Shown piece by piece: positions 50,998 to 62,105 of a stretch of DNA of 64,000 nucleotides (within the stretch, counting starts at the first letter, position 1; each line of letters begins with the position of its first letter). The stretch is from assembly GCA_963755715.1 (NCBI GenBank), contig CAVWLW010000043.1, forward strand, positions 64,001 to 128,000, written 5' to 3'. Made by a program: the position numbers and the translations under genes. The notes under the pieces are model-generated. The model saw nothing but the letters and a program-made list of their open reading frames with translations. It was not told the DNA's origin and did not search any database. This DNA is from an uncultured delta proteobacterium. Its GTDB lineage: Bacteria; Desulfobacterota; Binatia; UBA9968.

Positions 50998-52450
50998 ATG
51001 TACATGAACTTAATTCAGAAATGGAATAAGGCAGGCGCGGTTCTGCTGCTCTGCGCCGCCGGTTGCGCGGTCGGGCCCGATTACCAACGGCCCGACTTGG
51101 CGGCGCCGCCGGCGTGGCAAGAAGGAGGACAGCGCGGCGTCGACACGCGAACCGCTGACATGGCCCAGTGGTGGACGGCTTTCAAGGATCCCTTGCTCGA
51201 TTCGCTCGTCGAGCGCGCGGTCAAGTCGAATCTCGATCTGCGCATCGCCGAGGCGCGCGTGCGCGAGGAACGCGCGTTGCTTGCCGCGACTGCTTCGGGG
51301 CTCTGGCCTACGGTGGACGTTGCGGGCTCCTACAGCCGGAGCCGCGGGAGCCAGAACGCGTTGGTATTTGGCGGCGGCGGCGGGGGCGCAGCATTCTCCG
51401 GCGGCCTCATTCTGGAGCATGAATCTCTTTCAGAACGGTTTCGATGCCAATTGGGAAATCGATATATTCGGCGGCACCCGACGGCGCGTCGAAGCCGCCC
51501 AAGCGAGCCTCGAAGCGTTCGTCGAAGATCGCCGCAGCGTACTGGTGACTTTGCTCGGCGACGTGGCGAAAAATTATATCGATCTGCGCGGTTTGCAACG
51601 GCGGCTGGCGGTCGCGCAAGACAATTTGAAGGCGCAGGAGGATACTTTGGAGCTGACCAAGATCCGTTTCGACGCCGGCCTGGCGAGCGATTTCGATGTC
51701 GCTCAAGCCGAAGGCGAAGTCAAAACCACCGAGGCGCAGATCCCAACGCTCCAGACCGCTTTAAAACAAACGGCGTACCGCATCGATATTTTGCTCGGCG
51801 CGCAGCCGGGGGCCTCCTGGGGCGAACTCGCGAACGACGCGCCCGTTCCCGCGCTACCGCCGGAAGCGTACGTAGGCCTGCCAATTGATCTGCTCAGGCG
51901 TCGGCCGGACATTCGCAGCGCCGAGCGCCAATTGGCGTCGGCCACGGCGCTGGTCGGTGCCGCCACCGCGGACCTTTATCCGAAATTTTCCCTGGCCGGC
52001 TCGATCGGTTTACAGAGTATCAGCGCGAGCAATTGGTTCTCGGGGCCGAGCCGTTTTTGGTCGATTGGGCCGACGATCAGTTGGCCGGTTTTCGACGCCG
52101 GCCGGATCCGCGCGACGATCGAGGTGCGCAACGCCCAGCAGGAGCAGGCGCTGCGCTCGTATGAGCGATCCGTGTTGAATGCCTTGGGAGACGTGGAAAG
52201 CGCTTTGGTCAACTACGGCAACGAGCAGAAGCGCTATCGATCGTTAATCGAAGCGGTGGCGTCCAATCGTCGCGCCGAGCAATTGGCCAATGACTTGTAC
52301 ACTCAGGGACTCGTTCCCTTTCTCAATGTCCTCGATGCGCAACGCACGCTTTATGCGTCGGAAAGCGATCTCGCGGTGAGCGAGGCAAGCCTGGCATCGA
52401 ACCTGGTCGCCTTGTACAAAGCTTTGGGCGGCGGCTGGGAAACCAACTGA
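50998..52450 (+). CDS. Outer-membrane efflux lipoprotein (OprM/NodT family); frameshift near 51415
   Basis: AAGCAVGPDYQRP, WWTAFKDPLL, LLRRRPDIRSAE, LYKALGGGW. Confidence 0.9.
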
Positions 52451-52683
52451 GTTATTCTGTCGCGCGATAGCGCAGTAATTCACTCTCGAGCATCCTGCTT
52501 CGTGTTTACTCACATAGCTACGCGCGGGTTGGGCGTCTAAAGTTGTCGATTGCGCGAGGGAGCGGCCGCGAAGCCCGATTGCGATCGCCACTGTAGGGCT
52601 TGCCGCTGGCGCTGGTTTGATCTATGTAAATAGTTGGTTTCAGCGAGTCGTCTCAAGCTACAGAGTTAAAAGGAGAGAAGTCT

Positions 52684-53817
52684 ATGAAAGACGGATTCAA
52701 AGTGATCGACGCCGATCGGCATATTCTGGAGCCGACGGATCTTTACCAAAATTATTTGCCGGAGAAATTCAAGCATCGGGTTCGTCTGGCGGGGCCGAAC
52801 CAGACGGTGCGCGAAGTGGATGGCAAACCGGTGTCCGATTCCGCCCTGCGGCCGGGCCGGAAGTTGGAAGATTTCGGTTATATTTTTTCCTCTTCGAAGC
52901 GTTGGCGTGAGTGCTTCGCCGATGCTTACGCCAATAAGTTCGACCCGGCGTCGAACCTGCGCGACATGGATCGCGAAGGCATCGATGTCTCGGTGCTGTT
53001 TCCGACGATCGGGCTCTACATCATGTGGCGCGACGACATCGATCCCGAGCTGAGCGCGGCCATCTGCCGGGCCTACAACACCTGGCTCGCCGATTATTGC
53101 GATCACGACCGCAAGCGCTTGCACGGCGTGATGCTGATCCCGCTGCAAGATCCGGCGCGCGCCGTCGAGGAGGTGAAGTATGCGCGCGAGAAGCTCGGCC
53201 TCGTCGGTATTTTCTGGCGGCCGAATAAGTTTTGCGGCCGGACGTTTTCGAGTCCCGATTATTATCCGATCTATGACGTTTGTTCCGAGCTCGGCGTGAC
53301 CATTTGCGTTCACGAAGGCGCGCGCACCGTATTGCCGCAGGCGGGCGATGACCGCTACAGCGAATTCGGCCGCCACATCGCCTGCCATCCGCTGGAACAG
53401 ATGCTCGCCTGCTTGAACTTTTGCGCCGACGGCGTGCTTGAAAAATTTCCCAAGCTGAAAGTCGCCCACCTCGAATCGGGCTGCGGCTGGGTGCCTTTTT
53501 GGCTCGAACGCATGGACGAGCATTGGGAACACGAGTCGCACGGCTCGGCGAAAATCACCAAGGAAAAACCGAGTCATTATTTCAAGCAAAATTGCTGGGT
53601 GAGCTGCGAAGCGGGCGAAGAACTGGCGCCGGTATTTATCGAGCACGTCGGCGATGATTATTTGATGATCGCCACCGACTATCCGCACAGCGACGCCATC
53701 GATAAGTTCCCCGATAAAACCGTCGGCGCGATCAGCGGCAACAACAAGATCGCCGCCGAATCGCGGCGCAAAATCCTCTGGGACAATCCGACCAAGACGT
53801 TTGGTTTGGGAGCGTAG
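52684..53817 (+). CDS. Amidohydrolase-2 family protein
   Basis: IDADRH, VLFPT, VHEG, HLESGCGWVP, ATDYPHSD. Confidence 0.9.
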   Translation: MKDGFKVIDADRHILEPTDLYQNYLPEKFKHRVRLAGPNQTVREVDGKPVSDSALRPGRKLEDFGYIFSSSKRWRECFADAYANKFDPASNLRDMDREGIDVSVLFPTIGLYIMWRDDIDPELSAAICRAYNTWLADYCDHDRKRLHGVMLIPLQDPARAVEEVKYAREKLGLVGIFWRPNKFCGRTFSSPDYYPIYDVCSELGVTICVHEGARTVLPQAGDDRYSEFGRHIACHPLEQMLACLNFCADGVLEKFPKLKVAHLESGCGWVPFWLERMDEHWEHESHGSAKITKEKPSHYFKQNCWVSCEAGEELAPVFIEHVGDDYLMIATDYPHSDAIDKFPDKTVGAISGNNKIAAESRRKILWDNPTKTFGLGA

Positions 53818-53853
53818 TCAAATCCGCCCCTGATCTTTTCATAACGAGTAGTC

Positions 53854-53890
53854 AAGGCCCGAATCGTAACGGTTCGGGCCTTTGTGTTTT
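53854..53890 (+). terminator. Rho-independent terminator
   Basis: AAGGCCCGAATCGT-A-ACGGTTCGGGCCTT followed by TGTGTTTT. Confidence 0.7.
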
Positions 53891-53979
53891 AATTAGAGGC
53901 AAGTCGGAATAGAACCGGAGCAAAACGGGAGCGGTTTGTCAGGTGCGAAGAGAGTTCTTTGTTCTCGTCGAGTCGGCCT

Positions 53980-56900
53980 TCAAGAAGGGAGCGGGATATA
54001 ATGAGGTAGTGAAAAGGTAAACGTGGAACCTTCACCGGGTTGACTCTCCACGCGAATGTCCCCGTTCATCAATTCAAGATACTTCTTGACGATGTTGAGG
54101 CCAAGACCCACGCCATTAAAATCTCCGGTGTGCGCTTCCTTGATTTGCTCAAAGGCGCTGAAGATTCTATCCATATCCTGCGCTTCGATGCCGATGCCCG
54201 TATCGGCGATGGTAAATTCAACGCGGGCGAGGTCGCGGAGGTTTCTCACTCGCAGGCTGATCTGCCCCTGCGGCGTGAATTTAAAGGCATTGCCGATAAG
54301 ATTTTGTAAAATTTCTTCCAGCTTCGTTGCGTCGGTAACAATCGCGGGGAGTTCCGGTTCAACATCCCAACAAACCTGCAAACGATTCTGCCGGTTCAGT
54401 TGCTCGATCTGGCTTTGTGCATGAGCAACAACTTCGTTGATGTCGACGGTTGCCAACTCCATCGACATCTTCTTTGCATCCAGCCGCGACAAGGCCAATA
54501 CATCGTTCACCATTCTCAAGAGAAACTGCGAATGGTGGCGAATCTGCGTCATGGATCTTTTTTGTTCAGGATTGATATCGCCGAAGAAACCTTCGCCGGT
54601 TAGCTCCGCGTTGCCCATGATCACGTTCAATGGGGTTCGAAGCTCATGGGACATGGCTGAAATAAACTCGGACTTGGCCCGGTTAGCCTCCTCCAGTTCC
54701 TGATTCATCTGTCCCAGCTCAGCGGTTTTCTGGTTCACCTGGGTGAAGAGCCGCGCGTTTGCCGCGGCGACGCCGATTTCCTGGGCTATGGATTCGATGA
54801 GCTGTAATTCATCGGGAGCAAAGTGTCGTTTGGTTTTGTTGGCGAGGTGCAACACGCCAATGGCTTTGTCATTCGCCTTGATCGGGAACCCGGCTGCACT
54901 GGCAAATCCCAGAGAGAGTATCTTACGCCGGGAACTGATCTGTTTGTATTGCACATCATTCGGAAAATCCTCGAAAACCAATCGCTCGCCCGTCTGAAAA
55001 ATTGTGCCGGTGATTCCCGCGGACAACTCTCGCGTATTCATAGAGTGCGCAAGCTCTTCGCTCAGACCCTGGTGAGCCTGGAGACGCAATTTCCCTTCGG
55101 AGGAGTCCAGGATATAAATCCAGCTCGCGTCGAAGTTGAGCGCCTCAATCATTTTTTCGATGGCCTGTTTCAAGACCACGTCGAGATCCAAAGACTGGCT
55201 CACCGCCGTGCCGATTGTGTTCAGGACCGAGAGCTGCTGCAACCTCGTTTCCGATTGGCGGAATAGACCCGCCTTTTCGACAGCCACGGCAAGTTGTTCG
55301 GACATGGAGGTAAGCAAGCGGATTTCATCGCTCGTCAATTTTCGCGGAGAGTGCGCGTTAAAAAGTATCGCGCCAAAGATACGAGAGTGGGTCTTGATCG
55401 GGAAGACCGCGAAAAAGCTCAGCTCGGCGTTACGCGTGGCTTTAGTCGTGCTCAGCGCAGCATATCGGAGGTCCGTGCGGATATCTTCGAATATCATGGG
55501 CTCGCCGGATGCTGCGACGCTGCCGATGACTCCCTGCCCGAGTTTGAAGGTGCGTACCCGAGTCTTATATTTCGGGTCGACTTCAAACGAGGCGCGCAAC
55601 TCCAACTCTTCCGTGTCGTCGTTAAAAAGAAATACCCGCGTGCTGTCAAAACTGAATATCTCTGTGATCTTAGCGATCACTGCGTCCGCGATGTCCTTCG
55701 GAGCCAAGGATTGGTTTACCGCCGTGGTGACTTCGTAGAGCGCCGTTATCTCTTTTGTCCGTTGTTCTACTTTCTGTTCTAGAGTCGCATAGGAGTTTTG
55801 GAGAGCGTCGGTCATCTTGTTAAATTCACCCGCCAACTCCTCGATCTCGTCGCCGGTCCTAATATGGGCTCTGTGTTCAAGGTTGCCGGCGCCGATCGTT
55901 GCCACGTCCTGCCCGAGTTCTTGTATCGGTCTAGTAATCTTTTGGCTGACCCAAGCAATGATAGCGGCTCCGATGAGCAGACCCACCACCAGGAACAACA
56001 ACGCTGAGCGCTTTAATATTTCCACGTTGGCTAACGCTGCATCGACGGGCTCCTCCAGGATAATCGACCAGCCCAATTCAGGTACCGGCGCATAGGTGAC
56101 TAATACGGGGTTGCCCATCAATCCCGTCCCTTCATGGGCGGGAGCGGGATCCGGACGCGTAGGGTTGCGTAAAAATTTTTTGACTCCGTCAAGTTGTCGG
56201 AGGTTCATCCGCTTTAATACCAGCGTGGCATCTTTATGGGCGATTAGATTTCCATGCTCGTCCACCAAGTAGGCGTATCCAGAGGTGCCGAAACGAATCT
56301 TTCCAAGCACTTCCCAGAGAAACGAGAGATCGGCTTCGGCCGAAACCACCCCGGCAATGCTCTGTGCGGCGCCCCACAGCGGGATCGCCAGTGTGACGTA
56401 CGGCTGGGCTCGGTTCGAAGTGTAGACCGGGCTTATATAATCCTCTCCCTTAAGCGCTTTGATGAATTTGGGCGATTTACTTTGATCGGTTAGATCGGAG
56501 GGAAAATAAACTTTTCTGTCGGATACCTTCAGGACCTCCATACCTTGCGAGTCGATAATGGATGCATCGGAGAAGCTGCTGTCGTTTTTGACCACGAGAC
56601 CGAGGAGTAACTGTTGCTCCTTGCTTCCCAATTGATAAAGACTTAAGGCGTCGGCGGTATCTGAAAACCGCTCGATCTTTCGTCGCACAAAGTTGCGAAT
56701 TCCCTCTGCGGTGACCGAAGCCAGCTCCGACTGCAACGCGGCAGCGTCTTGCCGGATCTGTCTCACCATATAAAAATAGCCGGCGACAACGACAACCAAC
56801 AGGGCAATCCCAAAAAGGCTGAGGCCCCACATCAGGAGGCGACGCCGGATACCGCCGCCACGAAAAGGACCTAGTATTTTTTGCCAAAAATCCCGCATGA

Positions 56901-57009
56901 CCCATGGGATTGCGTTGTGCGCCGTCGGCACAATGTCGGTGGGGAGCCCAACTCGCCACGGTATTGCTGACTTGGAGGCGGAGCGGTCTTGGTTCTTAAT
57001 CTCACTCAT
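53980..57009 (-). CDS. Membrane sensor histidine kinase (dCache-HAMP-2xGAF-HisKA-HATPase)
   Basis: YISPVY, GYAYLVD, DEIEELAGEFNKM, MSHELRTPL, NLIGNAFKFT, DTGIGI, GVGLGL; start codon uncertain. Confidence 0.9.
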   Translation of the reverse strand: MSEIKNQDRSASKSAIPWRVGLPTDIVPTAHNAIPWVMRDFWQKILGPFRGGGIRRRLLMWGLSLFGIALLVVVVAGYFYMVRQIRQDAAALQSELASVTAEGIRNFVRRKIERFSDTADALSLYQLGSKEQQLLLGLVVKNDSSFSDASIIDSQGMEVLKVSDRKVYFPSDLTDQSKSPKFIKALKGEDYISPVYTSNRAQPYVTLAIPLWGAAQSIAGVVSAEADLSFLWEVLGKIRFGTSGYAYLVDEHGNLIAHKDATLVLKRMNLRQLDGVKKFLRNPTRPDPAPAHEGTGLMGNPVLVTYAPVPELGWSIILEEPVDAALANVEILKRSALLFLVVGLLIGAAIIAWVSQKITRPIQELGQDVATIGAGNLEHRAHIRTGDEIEELAGEFNKMTDALQNSYATLEQKVEQRTKEITALYEVTTAVNQSLAPKDIADAVIAKITEIFSFDSTRVFLFNDDTEELELRASFEVDPKYKTRVRTFKLGQGVIGSVAASGEPMIFEDIRTDLRYAALSTTKATRNAELSFFAVFPIKTHSRIFGAILFNAHSPRKLTSDEIRLLTSMSEQLAVAVEKAGLFRQSETRLQQLSVLNTIGTAVSQSLDLDVVLKQAIEKMIEALNFDASWIYILDSSEGKLRLQAHQGLSEELAHSMNTRELSAGITGTIFQTGERLVFEDFPNDVQYKQISSRRKILSLGFASAAGFPIKANDKAIGVLHLANKTKRHFAPDELQLIESIAQEIGVAAANARLFTQVNQKTAELGQMNQELEEANRAKSEFISAMSHELRTPLNVIMGNAELTGEGFFGDINPEQKRSMTQIRHHSQFLLRMVNDVLALSRLDAKKMSMELATVDINEVVAHAQSQIEQLNRQNRLQVCWDVEPELPAIVTDATKLEEILQNLIGNAFKFTPQGQISLRVRNLRDLARVEFTIADTGIGIEAQDMDRIFSAFEQIKEAHTGDFNGVGLGLNIVKKYLELMNGDIRVESQPGEGSTFTFSLPHYIPLPS

Positions 57010-57575
57010 TAATTCCGGTCCGCCACTTTTAGTTTTTTCTTCCTATCTCCAATCACTAAACGCCAGACTCAGCTATCGCCCATCCTTGGGGCAAAATCGT
57101 AAATTGTCTTAGGTTGCTATTCCCAAGGAATTCCCACAACGCAGGAATTATGCCACGTTTTTCAGGCCAATCTATACAACCGCAAGTAGTCTGTTTTTAA
57201 AAGGATTATTGTGCTTGCTTTAGAAAAATCAGGTGCTGTTGAGGCCGAAAACGTCACTTGTGCCGAAAATGAACAGATTTGTCGCTATTTCAAATGGCGT
57301 TTAGAGATATTAGGTCAATGGAACTGAAAGCCCAGGATGCATAATGTGCCAATAACTTAATCCCTGGGCGCCCATTTGTTGCAAACAATCTTCTAAACAC
57401 AACAAAGGTTCGTATGGCGATTTTGAGCCGACAGCGAGTTTAGGTCAAAGTCGCTGAAGCCGAAGGTTGCGTGCTCAAAGTCAAGACAACCTTGTTCGCC
57501 GTAGAGCAGCAATGAAAATCGGCTCCGCAATGCCGCGTGGTGAGATGCGCGGATTCGTTGCGGTAAAGTGCCCGG

Positions 57576-58566
57576 CTACTTGATTACCTTATCTGCCTGG
57601 ACGAGAACGTGCTGTGGTATCACAACACCAAGTTCCTTGGAGGTTTTAAGGTTGACGAAAATTTCGAATTTTGAGGCAAGCTTCACCGGCAGATCGGCAG
57701 GTTTAGCACCTTTCAAAATTTCGACTGTATACTCGGCGGCGCGTCGATAAAGATCGGATAGGTTCGCTCCGTATGAAATCAGGCCCCCCGCTTCGACGTA
57801 CCGATCTTCTTCGGTCATCGATGGCATTCTATGTTTCGTGACGAGCGGAAATAGTGTTTTCATGTGTTGAGACATCATAGGGTTTCCCACGACGATAACA
57901 GCATCGGTGTTAGCGTTTTAGCACCTTGAAATGCACCGGCGAAATCGGGTGTAGGACCACGTACCTCAAGGGAGCGAAGGTCCAGTTTAAATGCCGTCGC
58001 TGCTGCATTGTACTCTTTAAAGGCGACGGTCGGTCCTGGTGCATCGGCATCCCAAAGGATGGCAATGCGAGACAACTTTGGAAGCAGTTCCTTCAAGAGT
58101 TCTATGCGCTTGGCGCTAATATCTCGGTTAAGCCAAGCAAGGCCCGTAATATTTCCCCCAGGATGCGCAAAGCTTTCTACATATCCAGCAGCGACAGGAT
58201 CAACTGAGCTGATCATTACAATTGGGATGGTCTTGGTGGCTTCTTTCGCGGCCCGGATCACTACGTTATTAACTCCAAGAATAATATCCACTTTCTGTTG
58301 AACAAATTCTTGTACAAAAGGTGCCATCCGATCCAATCGGCCTTCCGCGTAGCGACGTTCAAGAATGATATTCTTTCCCTCGATGTAACCCAGATCCCGC
58401 AACCCTTGCTTGTAGGCTTCGTAAGTGGCGAAGGAGTATCTGGCGTGCCAATGGTAAAGATAGCGCCGATACGTGGAGGGCCTTTAGTTGGCTGTTGTGC
58501 GTTAGACAGAAGGGGCGATGTAAAAAACAATACTAATGTGAGTGATAAAACATGGCTCCGTGTCAT
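57576..58566 (-). CDS. ABC_sub_bind-type substrate-binding protein, frameshifted
   Basis: LGYIEGKNI, ATKTIPIV, PGGNITG, GGLISYG, ILKGAKPADLPV across three frames. Confidence 0.85.
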
Positions 58567-58709
58567 AAACGCAGGCTCCATCCGTCGACGAGGCAAAGGC
58601 CATAACGTGGACGGCCACAGACGTGTGGTCCAACCGGTATAATAACATGCTCCAAAAGTTTTTTGGAGGAAAATTCTTGGCCTTAGCGAGACGTATTTAG
58701 CTTATTCGC

Positions 58710-59028
58710 GTGAACAAACGGGCTCAAGTTGGCACGGACCACGTGCACGTCTTTCTGGGATATCGACCCAACCAGGATGTGCGCCAAATCATGCAATGGC
58801 TCAAGGGGATCACCTCGCGGGTGCTGCGGCAGGAATTTCCGGATCTGCACAAGAGATTTTGGGGACGACTTGGGCACGAGGGTATTTGGCGGTCAGCTCA
58901 GGCAACATCACCGACGAGTTGGTTAAAGAATACATCGAAGAGCAAGAGGGTGAACTGGTCATTAATGATAGTCGATTTCCAATCGCCAGCCTTTAAATCC
59001 CTCGGCTTCCAGCTGAGGGGTTGTTCAA
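58710..59028 (+). mobile_element. tnpA: IS200/IS605 remnant: 5'-truncated tnpA plus right-end hairpin
   Basis: HUH motif DHVHVF, LKGITSR, WARGY, YIEEQ; end hairpin CCCTCGGCT-TCC-AGCTGAGGG followed by TTGTTCAA. Confidence 0.8.
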
Positions 59029-59497
59029 TTTCGTCCGACGCCGATCAAGAGATCGTCTCTGGCTCTGGAACCATCCGCGAAGAAGAGCTCGACGCCGGCG
59101 GCAATTTCCTCAAAGCCCGCGACTCGTCGGTTCAGCCGCACGACGTCCTTTAAACTCTCGTGCTTTGGCGGCGAGCAAATCGTGAAGATCAGCGCGGTGA
59201 AGTTGATTGTATGGCGTGCCGTTCAGCCTCTCATGCTCATCGGCCAGCGAAAACTGGCCGATGACCTCGCTCGTATCATGGAGTCGAAAAACATAAGCGC
59301 CGGCCGAACCGACAGTTTCGCGATCGCGTCGCCAAGACCAGAGAACATGCATCGCATTGGCGCTGAGCTGTATGGCAGCGCCGATCTCGCTCAACTGCGA
59401 CGCCTGCTCGTAAACCTCGACGTCATAGCCCGCCTTCATGAGAAGCCGCTGTTAGCCCGCCAATACCCGCGCCAGCAATCAGAATCTTTTTGATCAT
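59029..59497 (-). pseudogene. Truncated FAD-dependent monooxygenase (salicylate hydroxylase-like)
   Basis: ILIAGAGIGGLTAA, YEQASQLSEIGAAIQLSANA, HRADL, DLLIG; internal deletions; ends at the IS boundary. Confidence 0.75.
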
Positions 59498-59808
59498 GAA
59501 AATAAATAAGTCATTGTGAGATAAATTGGTCCTAGGCTGAGAAACGCCACATTGTTCTGTTCGACAAAATACCCAACAAAATTAGGCGCGGAGAACGGCA
59601 AGAGCTTGTCGACCGCTCTCGAAAGGAAACGCATAACAGAATGGAGAAAAGGAAGATCGAAGCCATTTGAGTGCACACATGGCGAGCCGATGGATAACGA
59701 TTGTTTTCAGGATCAGAACTTTATTGTGGACTACTGTCGCCTTGATAGAGTTGGCCAATTCTACGGGGTAAAAGCGTCAGAGCATCGAGATGAGATGTCC
59801 TCATTAGT

Positions 59809-60540
59809 TTATGGATTCATGTTGGCATTGTGGGCGGTGGTAGCTGGTTCGAACGTGTAACCAAACCGTTCGATCACCGCACGGTCTTGGAGTGAGACTA
59901 GTTCCGCTAATTCGGGTGTGTAATAGCTTGAGTAATGCGAGTGATCAGCGGTGTTCTTTTTTTCGGACTCAAGTATGTGGGCTCGAATCTCATCACTCGC
60001 CGCACCGATCCGTTCTAGAAAGTGGATCAAGTCCGCTCGTAAACGTTCCTGCCGGCAGAAAAACAGTTCGTCAGCGTTTCCGAACAGGTGATTGAATCGG
60101 AAAGTGTAATATCCCACGCCAGTACCACGAATTTTCCGCAGCGCGTCTTTAGTAATGTTAGGAATATTTCTCTTACGATAGTCGACCTCGTCGGGCAGTT
60201 TCTCAATAAGAGCGTCGAGCCGGTCGTTATCGGTACCAAGATTTAAAGCGTTGCGCGTCGCGCCTTCGAATTGCTGCTTGCCATTTTCGGATAGCCATGA
60301 ATGCAGCGGAGTTGCGCCGTCCCTAGGCCAGACATGATAATACCAAGAAACATAAAATTCCCAAGGATTGCGCACCGCACCAAGTACCGGCAGGTGGGAG
60401 TATTCATTCGGTAACAAGAATCTCGGCAGGTGGTAGCCGATCTCTCGCGCTGACGGAAAAAATCTCATGATTACGTCTGTGATAAATGTCCCACCGGTTC
60501 TTGGGAAATGCACAAACACAAACTTGTCGGTGACGATCAT
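59809..60540 (-). CDS. Sulfotransferase family 2 domain protein
   Basis: 5'-PSB FVHFPRTGGTF, 3'-PB VRNPWEFYVSWY, YSSYYTPEL...FGY. Confidence 0.75.
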   Translation of the reverse strand: MIVTDKFVFVHFPRTGGTFITDVIMRFFPSAREIGYHLPRFLLPNEYSHLPVLGAVRNPWEFYVSWYYHVWPRDGATPLHSWLSENGKQQFEGATRNALNLGTDNDRLDALIEKLPDEVDYRKRNIPNITKDALRKIRGTGVGYYTFRFNHLFGNADELFFCRQERLRADLIHFLERIGAASDEIRAHILESEKKNTADHSHYSSYYTPELAELVSLQDRAVIERFGYTFEPATTAHNANMNP

Positions 60541-60603
60541 CTTCTGTCCGCCAATTTCCTAGACTGAATATCGCGGCATCATTACCTATTTGGAAAATCG
60601 CCG

Positions 60604-61419
60604 CTACAAAGCTTCCTGGCGAGGGTATTTCCGCGGATTTGATTTTTGGGCTAGCGGGTCCAGGGCTGCATCGAGAGTCGCCGAAATTTTCGCATTGAAC
60701 GAACGACGCACAGCAATTCCCAGGTTAGGCGCAGACGGCAATCGGAAAATGGAGAAAGGAATTTTTTGACGGATGGCCGTTTCAATCATGGCTTTCTGCA
60801 GCAAAGAGTTTCGCTTCACGAAGTTTTGAAACCCCTCCCGTTCGAGAATGTGTTGTTGGAATTTCTGCCAGGCGGCGCCCCGCTCCGGATGGGAGCTTCG
60901 GGATTCAATTTCACTGTCCATCAGTTGCAAGATAAATACATGCGTAGGCAACGTTCGCAATGTTTTGAGAACGATGTTGTACTCACGCTCCAATTTAGGC
61001 TGTTCGGTAACTCCCATAGTATATGTCGATAAATGGAATCGGTTGAGTAAGAAAACTGCCTTGTCGTCGCGTTCGAGTGTCACTGCAACGTAGTCCAGGA
61101 AGTTTCTCATCAGTCGAACTTGCAGTTTGAAAATGTCTTTGATCGGACGTTGATTCCATGACAGCAATAGCTCGCCTTCGGAATAGTCATATACATTTCG
61201 GCCCTCAAGCTTCTTTTTTAAATACGTCTGAAACGTGTCTTTGCCAGAGCCTGAAATTCCTTCGACAATGAGAACGCGAGAATCTAATGCATTTCTCTCC
61301 AGGAAGTAGGAATCTGAATTCTGCAGCTGCCGGAGAAGGTTTCTATGTTCCGGGGCCACTTCCGGCAGCGGCGGTTGTTCTGATGGGGCAAGTTTATCGA
61401 TTATCATTGTTTTTATCAT
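60604..61419 (-). CDS. P-loop kinase, thymidylate-kinase-like
   Basis: LIVEGISGSGKDT, LLNRFHLS (DR-like motif), IESRS lid. Confidence 0.6.
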   Translation of the reverse strand: MIKTMIIDKLAPSEQPPLPEVAPEHRNLLRQLQNSDSYFLERNALDSRVLIVEGISGSGKDTFQTYLKKKLEGRNVYDYSEGELLLSWNQRPIKDIFKLQVRLMRNFLDYVAVTLERDDKAVFLLNRFHLSTYTMGVTEQPKLEREYNIVLKTLRTLPTHVFILQLMDSEIESRSSHPERGAAWQKFQQHILEREGFQNFVKRNSLLQKAMIETAIRQKIPFSIFRLPSAPNLGIAVRRSFNAKISATLDAALDPLAQKSNPRKYPRQEAL

Positions 61420-62105
61420 CTTCCCGTCAAGAAAATCACGCCCAAATCAACTCGTTCCCGGTTCATTACAAGAATTTATTACACAAGAGTTAACTTGTAC
61501 CTAACGCATAATGCCACATACTGTCAAACTACTGCGAATATTTACAAAGAGCGTCGTTGTTGTTTACGGCAAGTCAAAAAAGGCACTGTCAATTTACCGG
61601 CTATTTTTCTCCCTTAACCGTATTCGGAAGGACGCCGAAGCAATATTAGGACCGTATGGTAAGCAAGAGGAGTTTTTCGCGTATTATCAGGATCTTACGT
61701 TTGGCGAGAAGGCTAAAGACGGCTAACTTTGTCAATCCTGCCAAAATTGGCGCATAATTAATGACAAATTGACAATTTTTTCCGTGGCGCGATGGCACAT
61801 GAATTAGGCGCGTTATGACAACTCATTTCTCGCGCAGTTTGCCCGAGCAGTCAGCTGTCTCCGGCATATTTCGTCCAAGCCCTGTCAAGGCGATCCCTAA
61901 AACCAGTTCTGCAATCGAAGTTAAAACTTCAATGCGCAATCCGGGATTGAGTGCTTCGAAACTTGTAGAAATTCGTTCTGCCTGATCCTGAGAAAAATTG
62001 GTTGCTTTCGTTCCGGCGCTTGAAGAGATAAGGGAAAATGACGTAGCTTAGCTCGGAAACCGATTCGCACGACTCGGTGAAGTTCATGTCCAGAGGAGGA
62101 TCGCA

